A DNA stretch of 64,000 bases from Neoechinorhynchus agilis (Eukaryota > Animalia > Acanthocephala). Under the pieces are notes generated by a model. That model was not told the origin of the DNA, searched no databases, and saw only the letters and a program-made list of their open reading frames with translations. The stretch's first letter is position 1, and each line of letters starts with the position of its first letter. Shown here piece after piece: positions 1 through 13,806 of this stretch. Location of the stretch: positions 5,620,784 through 5,684,783 of the forward strand of contig CM121341.1 in assembly GCA_051530055.1 (NCBI GenBank). The letters are read 5' to 3'. A program made the translations under genes and the position numbers.

Positions 1-1074
1 TTTCAATTTTTGGGAAGATCAACAACGCCACCGGGCCGAATTATGTCTAATTAGGCCATCAAAATTAATATCATTAAAATATTTGCAACATTCATTTTGG
101 GCAGTCATTAGATCGCAATTACTAGAGACCTGTTTTCTACTAATCGCAACCGTCCTTCTAATTCAGGGTCATAGGAACCTGTTTTTATGATGAATTTCGA
201 TTAAAATTATTGCAAACTTTTCCATACCATCAATTATCAGAAATGTTTCCACGAAGTTTTGCGTGCCGGAGCCCGAGTCATCCGTGAAAACGCTAACTGT
301 CACTGACTTTAAGGCATGTCGTTGCACAATGTTCTTATACGAGATTTTTCCTAGGACATGAAATTTTTTCCTATAAACACATCCAACATTGAGATTTTCC
401 GGCTGATTTATATTTTTAGTCATATGATTGGTGGACATAATTCCGGTTGAATAACAAAAAAAACTGATGCGGCTAGTTTTTCTTCTTTCGAAATATTTCC
501 TAATGATAAAGGAATCTTTAACCGGTGGATTATGTTCACTGCCACCACCATTCAATACTGATATTTTTGTTGTGTGGCATTCCTTCCTCGATTAGATTGA
601 AGGTCTCTGCTCGTTGGTGCAGCTTTTTTTGTTTGTTTCGCTAATGGATTCACGTTCGTGAGAGGAGACAATTGTGAGTTTATATACCCTTTTCTATCAG
701 ACTCTTTTTTCTTGACATGACGGTTTGTTTGCTGTCAGAATATCTACAAAAAATTTTGTTTCCTGTCATCGACATTTTTCGATGGTTATTTCTTAAAAAA
801 GAGAGGAAGGACTATCTTTTCAATTGTGGCTAGCATTTTTTTTGAAAGGCGGTTGTGCGCACAATCGCAGAATCTGAAAGCTGTATTGACAATACTGAAA
901 GACAAAGTGCGAGGCGCACTATTTCCCTCCTCCATTCCTCTCGAGACTGCCACTTCTACGAGATCATTCGACGGTAGCAGCAGTCAAGGCTACGGTGGGG
1001 TTACCACTACCTTCACAACAACAACGAGCATAAGTTCGGCTGTATTCTCCCCGATTTTTTTTAAAAGAAGACAA

Positions 1075-1348
1075 ATGTCCGGTCGTCGCAGTGATAGATT
1101 TCAACATTATCACCAATTCAATGATCGCCACCGAATATATCCGTACAATGTTCGAGCAGTATTCAGAGGTGATTTTTTCTCATTGTTTGAGCTTTCTTGT
1201 CGAAATAGACAATCGTTCTTTTCCTCCGCGACTTTTCCATGACATTGAACGTATACACGCCGTTTCGTCGCTCGTTTGTCGCTCCAACCAAAAAAATTCA
1301 ATTCTTGCCCGCAACCAACGGAAAAGGACATGCGGCTCACCACTCTAA
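1075..1348 (+). CDS. Small uncharacterised spliced ORF
   Basis: ATG at 1075; a GT..AG intron at about 1170-1210 joins MSGRR...AVFR to DNRSFPP...GSPL*. No recognisable homology. Confidence 0.3.
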
Positions 1349-1490
1349 GATTATCTCACGATACTCTAATGATCGTCGAAGGTAGTTTCCCTACCCTTGG
1401 TGCACAATCACATTATCTTCTTAGTTTTGTTGTCTCCGTTTTCCGACACTCCCGATTTGTGTTGTGCTAGCAAAAAATGTGCATGGTGGA

Positions 1491-1910
1491 TCATAGGCGC
1501 CATATCTTGACATTGATGTTACCAAAGGAACGTGTTCTACACCACATCTTTTCGACTAGTACTTTCCTGCCACAGAAAAAAACGTTAATCTTCCATGCAC
1601 AAAAAGCAGCACCGCTTCTCCCATGCACACATTTACGATGGAGACGATGATGATGATGATGGTGGCAATAGTCTAACAACGGAAATTCAGAATTCATCCG
1701 CCAAGGACTCATGGGTGAATCCTCATCCAAAATGCCGAGAATCCCTTCAATATTTTCTCCATGCTCATCGCGCGAATCGCGTCGCTTGTATTGGGTTGCC
1801 GGAAGGAGACGGACCAGTGGCATCGCCGAAACTACCTCCTCCGTTGTTATTAATCCGCTTATGGATGGTAAGCTCGCGCTAATCCTTTGAAACCAAGGGG
1901 AATCCCTCAT
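1491..1910 (-). CDS. Uncharacterised 139-aa ORF with His run
   Basis: Open frame from the ORF track; no family recognised. Confidence 0.3.
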   Translation of the reverse strand: MRDSPWFQRISASLPSISGLITTEEVVSAMPLVRLLPATQYKRRDSRDEHGENIEGILGILDEDSPMSPWRMNSEFPLLDYCHHHHHHRLHRKCVHGRSGAAFCAWKINVFFCGRKVLVEKMWCRTRSFGNINVKIWRL

Positions 1911-4098
1911 ACATCTTTAAATACTGCTATCTTTTGAATGGAGGAGAAAATGCGCTCGTTAAATGTACGGTACACCGTCGTTTTCCCATATACTGAAGAG
2001 GTCAACTTTCTCTTGTGCACATGATAAAGAAGTGCGAAACTTGCTTGTTAAAAAGTTCGCGAGGTCGAAAAAGAATATGCTTTATGAAGCCTGAGAGAAG
2101 ACGAAGCCGGAATTATGAATAGTCATTAGGAGTTCCACCACTGTTCTATGAGAGAAATCCGCCAACTTCCACTCTTCTCTCTGTCCACCCAGTCACACTT
2201 ATAATCAATCGTTTTTATCTCTTCCATTAACATGCTTTCACGTCTTCCATTGAGATTAACTTTGGCCTAAAACTTTTTGAGTAATATCGAAAGTTGACAC
2301 ACGCATTCAAAAGTGTGCGATACGGCTCTCGTTATTTTACTCGAACCTCGTACAACAAACGAGTGGCTTACTGGTAGATGATCCGCTTTATTATCTACAG
2401 ACTCGTCGAACTTTATAGTGGAAATGTTTCCAAAGTAATAAACGCTTTTCTTTTCCATCCCAGGTTTCTTTTATCCGTGCTTTTGCAGCGATTATTTGTG
2501 TGGAAACCAGTGTTTCATGATAATTTCCCCGACACAGCCTCCAGCAATCGCTTTTTACTAGTTACTCTTTGGATCGCAGCCCTTAAGCCCAGTAACAAGT
2601 TTGTTTATCTGACTCTCACTTTCCTATTATGATAGTTTTGCCTTCAAATCTCCTCTAGTAAAGTCGAGCTTCTATCCCGTCCTCATTGTCTCATGTAGAC
2701 TATAGGTCCTCAAAATAACAGCATGAAGTCATCAGGCTGTAAAGTGGGTTGAAATGAATGGTGAATACTAATCATATTGTTGACTAGTAGGAGGAGGAGG
2801 AGATACGAATATATATTCATCCTTATGCTGCTCTTCGGGCGCATTCGTGTGTAAAGCGAATCACGCCTTCATCCATTCTTGTTTTGATTTTATGCCTATT
2901 TTTGGATAGTTCTTCGAATCTCTTATCATTCGAGTATTCTTAGATCGTTTAATTTCGACTCTGAACACTAGACTGCTTCAAATCTTTTACCGCAATCTCT
3001 CAGAGCGGTTTCAACATTTTAGCCTAAGCAGCGTAATGCACTTCTACGTAGCCTAAAAGCAAGTAAAAAATCTTAGCTTGAACGAATCTCTATGCTTTCT
3101 GTTCATCGCTCAAATGTTCAAAAGGTAAAACCAATAACCGAACTTCACACCTTCGCATACAAAATCGCCAGCATCTTTAACTGAATGCCCTGTATCTCTA
3201 ATGGTATCCCTCTCTTCCTCAACTCATTCCCATTTGATGACGAGAAAATGTTTCAAATGAATCTAAATTACGGCGATTTCCGTATACATCTCGGCAAAAA
3301 TATTTCAAACTCCTAAAAAAGTGTGCGTTTCATCCTTCGTAATAAGCTACCGATTTGGGAATAGCACTTTCAAAAAATGCTTAGAATTTTATACGACAAA
3401 GTCTTCGTGAACTTCACCGAAAGCGCGACAACTACGACTATAATATCCTGTTAATCTGTCAAAGATAAGCTTTTAAACATTCGTGCTTGAAACCTTTTCG
3501 TTGTTGGCAAATGGTGGTAATATTTTATGCAAATAGCTTTGAACTTACCCTCTGAATCATAATTGTACAAAATTACTAGAATTCAATTTTATTATTAGAT
3601 GTCGATCTTTAAGAACTTCTCTTGTTTGTGGTTCGCTCATCGTCGTTGCTCGCATTTTAAGACTACTTCTCACCAGGAAAATTGCTTTGCGTTCTCTCTT
3701 CAGTCGTCAAATTTTCTTTCCTTACAATGGTATTCCGGCGTAGTCTTGGGCGTCACTTTCCCTAATGTTTCCCTCTTAATGGTTCCATAGCAGAAGCAGT
3801 AGCATGGTCGATTGCATAAGAGTGCTCGAGCAGCTCCATGAAGGTGCACACTGTGAATTTTTGTTTTTTTGTTATATGAAAGGATAATCGGAATATTTGG
3901 TTTTTTTTAAAGTATTAAAAACTAGACGCGACCCAAGACTAGACACTGGTTGTCGTCTCTAAACCAAGGAAACAGCGTATTCGCTTCAAAAGAGATTTAA
4001 ATATACATTTTCGTTAGGAAAAGAGACCGGCTAGAAGATTACACAACTGATCCTCGTGTCTCCTCTGATTTTTCATTACAACTCTAAATAGACGAGAA

Positions 4099-4710
4099 GT
4101 GGTCACTACGGGATCAGATTTCTCATGCTTCTACGTACGGCGTAACTTTGTCACCATCCAGTTCTTTTATTGCAATCCAGCAAAAATGGTTTTTTTTTCG
4201 TTCGCTATATCCCTACTCTCCGTTATAAGACACATGAGGGATGATCGCCGATATGTGGACTATTGGCGTAGATACGAGTCCACACCTCCGCTCGTTCTCA
4301 CATCGCTCAAAACTTCTTGGCCTACCAGCGATCTAAACCCATCATCCGATTCCACCGTCGTGGAACGCCGAACACACAACAATCGCCAGTTCAGATCGAG
4401 TTATGCCGGCCCAAGTGGAGGAAATTTTGTACATAACACCAGTCAGCATTTGTTACCTCCACCAGCAATATCACCTTCGTTTTATCGCCAGTCTTCTTCT
4501 GTTCACAAGAGAAGGCCTCTTAGTTGGTATGGCTGCAGCAGCAGCAGCAATTCTAGACCTATTGATGCTGAAGTTTTCGGCGGTTATAGTCGCATTAGCG
4601 GCTCTTACCATGAAAACAAAGTACATAGTGAGTCTTTTTTTAAGAAAATGCGCATCGTGGCGCTTCTTGACTCATATTTTCGCGATCTACTGTACATAGT
4701 GAATTTGTGA
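4099..4710 (+). CDS. Uncharacterised Ser/Pro-rich ORF (likely ATG near 4235)
   Basis: 203-codon open frame, low-complexity disordered-type composition; no family recognised. Confidence 0.35.
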   Translation: MVTTGSDFSCFYVRRNFVTIQFFYCNPAKMVFFSFAISLLSVIRHMRDDRRYVDYWRRYESTPPLVLTSLKTSWPTSDLNPSSDSTVVERRTHNNRQFRSSYAGPSGGNFVHNTSQHLLPPPAISPSFYRQSSSVHKRRPLSWYGCSSSSNSRPIDAEVFGGYSRISGSYHENKVHSESFFKKMRIVALLDSYFRDLLYIVNL

Positions 4711-5425
4711 ACTCTTGATGGAAATGATCTGCTGGAAAATGTTCTTATGTTTTAAAAAACTCTCGTTTTCTACCACTATAGATTGCCGCCGTAAAATAAT
4801 CACGACTTTTTTTGTCTAAAGTGAACTTTGTCATTCTTTAACATGCTCTTTTTTCGTTTTCGATGTTACGTTACCACTTCCCTGAAAGCTTGGATGAGGA
4901 AGGCGATAAAAGAACGATAAGTCGCGTTTCCTTAAAGTTGCGAAAACCCGTCGACAAGGGTAGGTGTAGAAGATATAGCAATCCTCTTTAGTTGCTGCAT
5001 AAATGCTTCTAAATTAGCATAGAAGCATTTTGCGAAAGGACACTCTACTGAGGCTGTTATTATATAATTACTCGCAATGAAGAATATCATGAGCACAACC
5101 CAACACATCGTTAGCTCTTCTTGATGTCTTTTAAGTTCAGCATCAAGAAAGGTCTTAAGCCCCTTTCAAAGTCGCAAACTTCCAGAGCCTTCTTATTTCA
5201 TCACCGTGTATGCGAAACTTTAATTGACCGCGGCATCTCCGCCGGGCAAGTTTTTGTCGGAGATTGTTTTGCTCATCACAGCGCCTATCTTCTATTTAGT
5301 ACTTATTTAGTGCTAGTTGTTTCCATCAAGAACCCAGCTCGCTTTTAACCAGCTTCGATTGCATAATTCGTCAATTCTCACATCTCTTTCCCAATTGTCA
5401 TTAAGAGGGTACACAAATCAAACCA

Positions 5426-8400
5426 ATGCCGGACACCCAATCAGAATTTGCTGATTTAGTCATGATACCTAAGGAATGGCGGAGGGGCGAGGACGTCGTC
5501 CGGTGGTCAAAGCACCACGACTACTATAATATCCATTGGCTCGAGAATCTTTGGAAATATATTCGAGATAAGATGCCGACAGATCTAAGTCCAATCGAAA
5601 ACTTCAACCTTCTTTATGTAACAAATTCAAGAGAGCAGTTTATGGTTTTGTATAAAATCTCAAAAGACAGTACTCTGTTGTATTGTTCAAAAGAACAATT
5701 ACTCGATCCTTTGTTTTCGTCTATGCAGCGCATTATGTTGAAACTTGGGATTGAAGTAGTGGATGGTTTTCCGGACGTTATAACCCATCATCCCGATTTC
5801 CATAGATTTGTCCAACCCTTCAATAGTGCTGGAGTACTGGGTGCAATGAGGAATAAAATGCGACGAACAAGTTTATCGGCATGTTCCAAATTTCTATCTC
5901 AAGCATTTAACAACGATCTGAGTCCTAAAGAAGTGGCTACAGTTAGAACATTCTTTTGCAAGTATTTTCCGCCGACAAGCAATGAACCAGACATTGAGCT
6001 CCTTCGAGCGATTCCGATGTTTGTGGACGCTATTGGTGGAAATGGCGGTCTCGAATGCCGAGAACAATTTGTATCGGTCGACCAAACCTTTTTGTGTTAC
6101 TCAAATGGTCCTAAATGCCCGCCCGTAAAAAGTTCAAAGTCGATAATATTTGCCCAAGATAAAGATAGTCGTGTTTTAGTTGAACGTCTTGGTCAACGGA
6201 TAAGTGATTTTAATTCAATTGCACGCCACGTTGTTGCGACGGCTGTTGCTACTTTTCAAGATGAGCGTAACGGAATGTCATCGTCTATTGTGGCCACCGG
6301 AAAGTGGATTTTGGCACACTGTGCAGGTATCATTCTGGCAGATACATTATGTCAAGAGTCTCTTTCGAAAGCACGTCTATTCCAAAACAGGAAGCTCGAA
6401 TTGTGCTCCCCGTCTGAGATGATAGATCCAACGTTTCGTGAGCGATTTGTCTCGGTTCTAAGCACTCGTCTTTTGCCAAATCTCGACCTTATTACCGAGG
6501 GGAACATCAGTCTACTAAAAATGATGAAGCTTCGGAACATTTACGATGTCACTGCCGATGAATTGGTTGAAGCCTGTGAACTTTCACGAACATTTACTCT
6601 AGACAGACGACGTGTACTCGCCAATCTACTCGTTGACGTTCTCACAATTAACGACCGATTGCTCAATGAATATGTCAATAATTTGGCCGTAGGAAAGGTG
6701 GCAATTGTACCTACGTTCAAGGCGTTTATTCATACTTTCCCCTGGGTTCCTGTAATGCAACAGCGACCAAGTGGCTATCCATCATCCTTAATTTGGATGG
6801 CTGAACTGAAGAAAACCGGAACGACATCGCCAGCCTTTATTCCGCTACCAGAAAGTGTAGTTCATTGCTATCTCTTTTATCGGTGCGCAAAACTTTTGTA
6901 ATTTCTTATCTCAACATAGCTTCAATGTTGGAGATCATTTTTGTGTGTTAGAAAATATTTTTTAAGATAGGTCGCCCCCACATTCCATACTCTTAGTCGA
7001 TTTATTGCCCCGTGCCGTTTTGCTTTAGCACACCTTTCAATCGCCATAATATCGATAGCTGCTGCTCATAAAGTTTGACTGACAGGTTTGAAATCATTGT
7101 TATCTTTAATTAGGCCTAATCCCATAATTGAATTTCAATATTTTTTCCTGCAACTAAACTGATGATTTCACAATTTTTTTGTTTATTTCTAAACTTAAAA
7201 TTTAAGAGATATTATGACAAAGATCGTTCACTGGCATTCGTGGCTGGTTCTGTTGTGCAAATTTCCGAATTGGATATTGAAACATTAGAACACAAATCTC
7301 GGTTTCAGTTCAAGGAACTAACATGCACAATGGTTGTTCGGCATCTAAAAAACATTGTTCATTGCTTTCAAGCAGTCTCAGCGAGTGCCCAAGACAGAAC
7401 CCAATACTTTGACTACATGAACGTTACTAAGAAGTGCTACGATGTTCTTTGCGCCGAATTCGATCCGCCGCTGATTGTAAAAGAGCTTACGAACGCGGAA
7501 CTGGACAAGTGGATATGGAATGGTAGAGGCGGATTTTCTTCTACAGATGAGATAATTAGCAGTCCAGCTTCTTCTTCTGACTCTGTGCTTTCTCCTTACT
7601 TTTTCAACATTCCAACTGAACTTCAATGCCTGGCAAAGTTTTTTGAGATGTGTGGAGTGTCTTGTAAACCGCACCCACAGGCAATGTTACGACTCCTCAG
7701 CTCCAATCAGTCCTATTATCCACCGGTAAAAACAAATCAAAAACTTTTTCAATGGATACGAGATAACTATACTGATCGACGCATCTTGACAGCTTTGCAA
7801 TCTTCAATTGGTGCCCCATTACAAGAGGACGTTCATTATCACGAGAACCAAATCCGCATTTGGATCCCTGCAGCCTTTGACGTTGGTAGTAACCGTGAAA
7901 TGCTTCGATCTGCTGTTATGACAGTTCGTCCAGATAAGGAAGTGTGGATTGGTGTTGGAAACGTTAGCAACCCTACGGTTGATTGGAGTCATTATCGGCT
8001 ATATGAGGAACTCATTTTACCTAATCTCCAAACGTTTTCTCGTAATATAAAGGATGCGCTCGTGCTTTTGGCTCTAGACCACTGCGATGTGTCAATGATG
8101 AATATTCTACGTGAACATTCTTGCATTCCTGTAACACCAAACGGATGCCGTCTTCGCCATCCACGCGACCTAATTCACCCCCGTTCACCAAAACTGAGGA
8201 GTTTGTATTCGGAAGGAGATGGAGTGTTTCCGTATGGAAACAAAGAAACATACCTACGGGAAGATAGGTTAGAGGTGTTGAGGTTATTGGGAATGCGTAT
8301 GGATCAGATAAGTTGGCGAGATTTGGTTGAACGTTCTGAACGCATTTGTGACCTGAATGCGGCATCAACTCTACTTGACGTGATCGCCGAGAAACTAGCT

Positions 8401-11400
8401 GGTGGAATTGAGGATGATGAGAAAACGGAAACCGCGGCAGCGATGAGCTCCTTGATAAACCAATGTATTGTTCCAGTTAAGCCACGTCCTAGTTCGTATC
8501 CGATTGCATGGGCAGGTGACCGATTGGTAACTCGACGACATCAGTTAGCAAGACCTTGTGACATGATTGAAAGTAAACATGAGTTTATAGCCGGTAGTAG
8601 TTTTCCTGTGGTTGACACGGACCTTCTATCCTCTACACTTCATCTGAAACTCCTTTTCCGCTACCTAAATTTCCATGAACCCACGCTGAATGACGTTCTA
8701 AATCAACTCAAGGAAGTAATAACCGCAGTGAATGCAAGTGCACCAGTCTGTGAATTGCCCGATAAGACAGCGATTGAACTTCAGCCAATTCTTCGGTCCT
8801 GTTATGCGTTTATCCACAAGCAATCCCAATTTCCCGATTTCAATCATGCGATAATCAAAGACTTTTTCGCAAGAAATGCGATATTGTTGATTGGGACGAG
8901 TTTATACGCATCTACTCGGATATTCATGGATGTGGAATACTCTGTATTTCCGCACGTTGTATCCGCCAATTCTACCAATTTGGATTGCGGTTTCGTGAGG
9001 AATGTGTTGGGCGTACGAGCGAAACCTGATGTAGCGTTCATAAGAGAAGCTATGATGAACGTGAAAAAAGGAGACATAAATGACGCAGTGCGAATCGTCA
9101 ATCTACTCCCGCACCACCGTACTCAGTTGTCACTCAATGATCTACTCGTACCTCTTCAAGACAACCGATTGGTGCCTGTTAACAATGCAATCAACGAACG
9201 CATACATCCACTTGTTGATCTAAAAGTTTGTCAAATGCTTGGACTGACACCACCACCGTCTTCTTCGTCCACTCAATCAATGGCACCTTCGATTAACGTT
9301 CAAGATGAAGCACTTAGAGATGTACTTACGTACATTTGTGATCGATTTAATATTGAACACCAAAAAGTGACCGATAAAGAACCAGAGCGGATACTCGATA
9401 TTCTGTTGTCTAATCCACTCACCCACTACACTGATCCAATGGCAATACTGATGTACTTTGATCGATCTCTACAAAACGCGACAATGCCGATTTCCGTTAC
9501 TGGAGTACGAGATCTTCCCTTATTCCGTGCCGCGTTCTCATCAGCTCCAATTGGGCTTAAGCATGCCAAACGAGTATTCGTGATTAACGAAACATCAATC
9601 AATTTCTTACTACGAGTATTCCAACAAACTCCGCTACCTGAGTCAACTGCTATTTTACACTTCAGTCACGCTTCTCACTCACGTCTTAATCAACACCTCC
9701 GATTTGTTCATTTGTCTGACGCAGACACTTTCGTTCAACTCGTGATGCCGTTCATGACTAATCTAACAGCTTCGCCTGGACAATTGTCCGCTATCATTCA
9801 TCTCAGGGACGTCGTGTTCCCGTCTATACCAACTGAACAAGAACGAATCCGTTTACTCGAGATCATCCAACGAACGCTTCATCTCCGAAATAGAAGAGAC
9901 GTAAATGTACCACTGTTGAACCTTTATCGACCTACCGTCATTGATCTTAAACCACCACTCATCGATCCCAACTCAGAACTTCCGCATATTGATCTTGCGC
10001 CAGTTTACGACTTCCTTCCACTTCGAACTGTGCTCGAGTCAACTCGTCTTAGAAATCTGATGCAAAGTATTGAGCATGATGTTGTCGCTCATAAACAGTG
10101 GACTCGTATGACACGAGAAAAAAGCCGACTGCTTTGTGAACATGTTCAAAATCATCTTAGACATCTAGAGGACAAAACAGTGCTAGACATACCATTTCTT
10201 GAACCGCAGACCTATGATAGTCCCCTATGCCAACTAGTAAAATGCTATGAAACTTCAGATGAACCAGTTGTTCTGAGTCTAAGGCAAGGTGTCATCGACA
10301 AGTTCATGCCTCTCGTATGGTCATCCGCATTTGTTCTTCCAAAATGTGTCAATGGAGACCTTCTCGAGGCCATTCCAAGAGCTGAACTAAATAGTTTGAT
10401 GGTTCGTGTCGATCCACCACTCAACCTTGTCATTAAAAACTTAACCAATATTGCGGACGCTCTAGTAAAATTCAACCCTAACGCACAGACTCTTGAATCT
10501 AAAGCAATAAACGTTGATGTCGCCCAAGATCTCCTACCAATACTCGAACGGTCGTACGATTACCTTCGAACCAAACTGGGTGACTCCCAAGTGGACGATG
10601 AAATACGCTCAAAACCAATCGTATACACTCCACGGACACAGCAACTCGTCCCTGCAACTAGAATTTGTGTCAATCTGAAAAACGAGGAAGAGATTCCGCC
10701 GTTCATATACAGTATTCCACCGTCTCTTATCGACAGAGGAGATTTCTTTATTAAACTCGGCGCTAACGATCGACCATCGGCCGAATTGTACGCAAATATT
10801 CTAGCTCAAATGGCCAGAGTGTGCCGAAATGATTTTTTGAATTCAAATGAAGTTAAAAAAGCTTTGAAAGCAATGACAGGTCTATTCGCATGTATCAGAG
10901 AAAGCAAACAAACAGAAATAAATAGTTTCAAATTCACTGGGCTGTTTTTATTGGCAAATGACCTCAAAATGCACCGTGCAGCTGATGTTGTGCTTGTTGA
11001 ATCTCGTTCAAAGCTGGACTACGTTCGTAAAATTTCCGACGACCTGTTTTTGTTTAACCCATCAGAATGTGTTCTAAGACTCGATGTCCCCCTTCCAACG
11101 TTTACTAGTTGGATTTATCGCATATCTACAAATCAGCGACCTCAGTTGTTCTCAGAGAAATACCAAGAAAGTTTCAGTATGGCGATTCCTGAAGACCGAG
11201 AAGGAAAACGCCAACAAATTCTGCACGCAATCGAACGAAAATACACACAGCTTCTTCAGAGCAGGACTCTTCATCGCTGTCTCAGTCGAGCTCTTTCGGA
11301 CACTCTCGCTCGAAAAAACTCTTCAGTTTGTGTCACCATTGACCAAATGGAACTGTATCTCCGAACTCGATTTGCGCTTCTAAATCTTGTCTGCGTGGAG

Positions 11401-13401
11401 CATCTTGAAACTTCTTTGAGCTATAAGACAACTCAACAAAGAATCGACGCAACCATCGAAGAAAAGGCAGTATATCTTGCATCGTCGGAAACAGAGGATC
11501 TCACTCTTTATCTCAGTCTTAGACACGCTGAGCAGCCTTATTTCCCGGCTTGTTTGGCCAAAGCGATCGTTCCCTTGCTCGTGGAAGTAAAAGCCGAACC
11601 CTTCGTTCTTTGCAGCCTATTGTCATCCTCAATCACTCACATGTCACGAATACTCGATCTGTTTGGAATAACGCCTGAAGAGTCAATATTGAGCACTCTC
11701 AAGCTCCACTACGTCCCTGCTCCTGGCCGCATTTACGCTGACGATGTAACATTACTTTGCAAATACGATCCAAGAGTGCACAGACTAATCCCGGGGGATC
11801 TTTGCGTCTATCGGAGGACTAACCAAAATGAATCTGTAGACCAATGGTTCTCGACCTCTAAGCACTTTTTTTGTTAATATTTTATTGGTACCCTAATTTG
11901 AATTCTCGACCTACTTCTTGATCATGAAAAAGCCGTGGGAAATTTTAATCGTGAAATTAAATGGGATATTCGCCATAATCTTCTTCGCATCCTTTAAAAA
12001 GCCGAGAGCCATCGCATGGTAGAGGTGCCCGCCGAACTCTATATATATTGCACATTCGTACAACCCTGCCGAGATGACCGTACAGGTGAGGTAACGAACA
12101 TTGGAATAATTTGTAGCACAAATGTGGATGATCTTGGAGATGAGACCGTAGTATACGATGAAAGACAGCCTTTAGTGGAATATATTCCTATTTCGGACTT
12201 CTATGTCCTCGAGAATTGGTCTCGAGTTCACGATGCAGCCTACGCTCAACCTCTGGATGACCAAGAAGAAGAACTTACGCGATCATCGACAGGTAACTCA
12301 AATTCGGAATCAGGTTCTTTGACAGACGAAGAGCGAGTTGAATTGGATGCAACCAGGACTTTGATTGATGCTGAACTAAGAGAAGTATTTTTCGCCTCAC
12401 GATCAATCGGTGATGATCGTAAGAGAAAGGTAAAACGGATGCTCTTAAAATGGCATCCCGACAAGAATCAAGGACGCGAGAAGTTTGCCAGTGAAGTGTT
12501 TAAATATCTCAGGAAGCAGATAGAAATGTTTGACTTGTCTGAGCCTCTGACACCGTACGCGTGGATGTCTAATTCATTTTGTGCTCCAAGTAACGGCGGC
12601 ACCGACGCGGGAGCCAGCGGCAACAAATTCGGTGGTAGTTATGACAATCTTCACAAAAATAGTGAGTCGCCTTCTTCTTCCAAGCAACGTGGAAGTACTC
12701 CATCAACCACAACGCCTGAAGACTTCTTTACTTCAATGAATGACAATGCTCGGTATTCGCATGCACCCCATTCGGGATCTGTATCGCCTCCAGGTCGTAG
12801 CAACAGTTTTCGAACGGCTCGTGAGGAATGGCAATGGAAGCGACAGCATGGATTTAACCGCCGAGCGGGATTCTTTAACAAAGAATCGGCAACTACAAAC
12901 TCGACGCAAACTAGTTCCGGGATCAATGATTTCGGATCACGGAAGCCTTGGACCAATGGAATTCCTAAGGCAAATCCGTTCACAAACACATCTGACGCCC
13001 AACGATGGCTCCGTCAAGCATCTTGTGATCTGAGAGCAGCTGCAAACGACATGGTGCCTCCCGTGGACTCGGATCCTTCATATGAGTGGGTATGTTATAA
13101 ATGCTATCGAGCAGCCGAGAAGGCGCTTAAAGCACTTCATCTTACAAAATCCGCCGGAACTGTACCCGCCACAGATCTGCCTACGCTTCTCTATGGAGTT
13201 GAAGATGATGTTAGAATTATTGGATATAATCTTTACAGATGGTTGGGAGACGCCAATCGCATGCAGTATCCCAACATGACGAGAATATCTAAAACTCCTA
13301 ATGAAATCTTTACTCAAAAGCAAGCTGAGCGATCCTTAGAATGTACAAAAGAGTTGCTGGACCGAATCTCGGCAATCGTGGGAGAAATGAAGAAAGAATA
13401 A
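5426..13401 (+). CDS. SACS: Sacsin-like protein (partial SRR repeats, C-terminal DnaJ and HEPN domains), 3 coding segments
   Basis: ORFs 5426-6901, 7162-11877 and 12016-13401 carry sacsin-type motifs (WVPV..RPSGYP..L.W, LRHPRDLIHP, KWHPDKN J-domain HPD, AQRWLRQASCDLRAA...CYRAAEKALKA HEPN). Intron 1 is about 6858-7207 (GT..AG plausible). Intron 2 is 11838-12020 (see findings). No N-terminal HATPase segment is seen; the 5' end is unresolved. Confidence 0.85.
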
Positions 13402-13806
13402 ATGAGGCTTCAAAACAACACGGTGTACATTATAGTGAAGACAGAGGAAGCGCTGCACTCACGCACATCCTCCTTAAGCTAATTTTCTATCTGTTTTGTT
13501 AATGAATCACTCTCATGTTTTGCATTTACATTGTGGACTTGGTTCCGTTTTATGGGAAGATTTTTCAATCTCTCGCTTACGTTCGTTTTTGAAAAGAAGA
13601 AAACTATTTTTACAGGACTTGTGGCATTATATAGCTCGTTGTTTTGCGTTGTTCCCATTCACTATCGTATTTTTAAGATTGCCTTCACTCATGCGGGCTG
13701 CAGCAGCGAGCAGTTCCATTAAAACCGAACAAACGAACGTTGCCAAGCAACTAACAAATGTAGCCAAATCATAACATCGGCTCTAATCAAAAATAACGAA
13801 ATATTG

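Noticed and set aside
169-555. 128-aa minus-strand ORF at the window start
   Set aside because: No recognisable motif; the frame breaks near 170 and context is truncated.
6858-7207. First sacsin intron as atypical
   Set aside because: It has an in-frame GT donor and a pyrimidine-rich AAG acceptor, with no convincing terminal stem.
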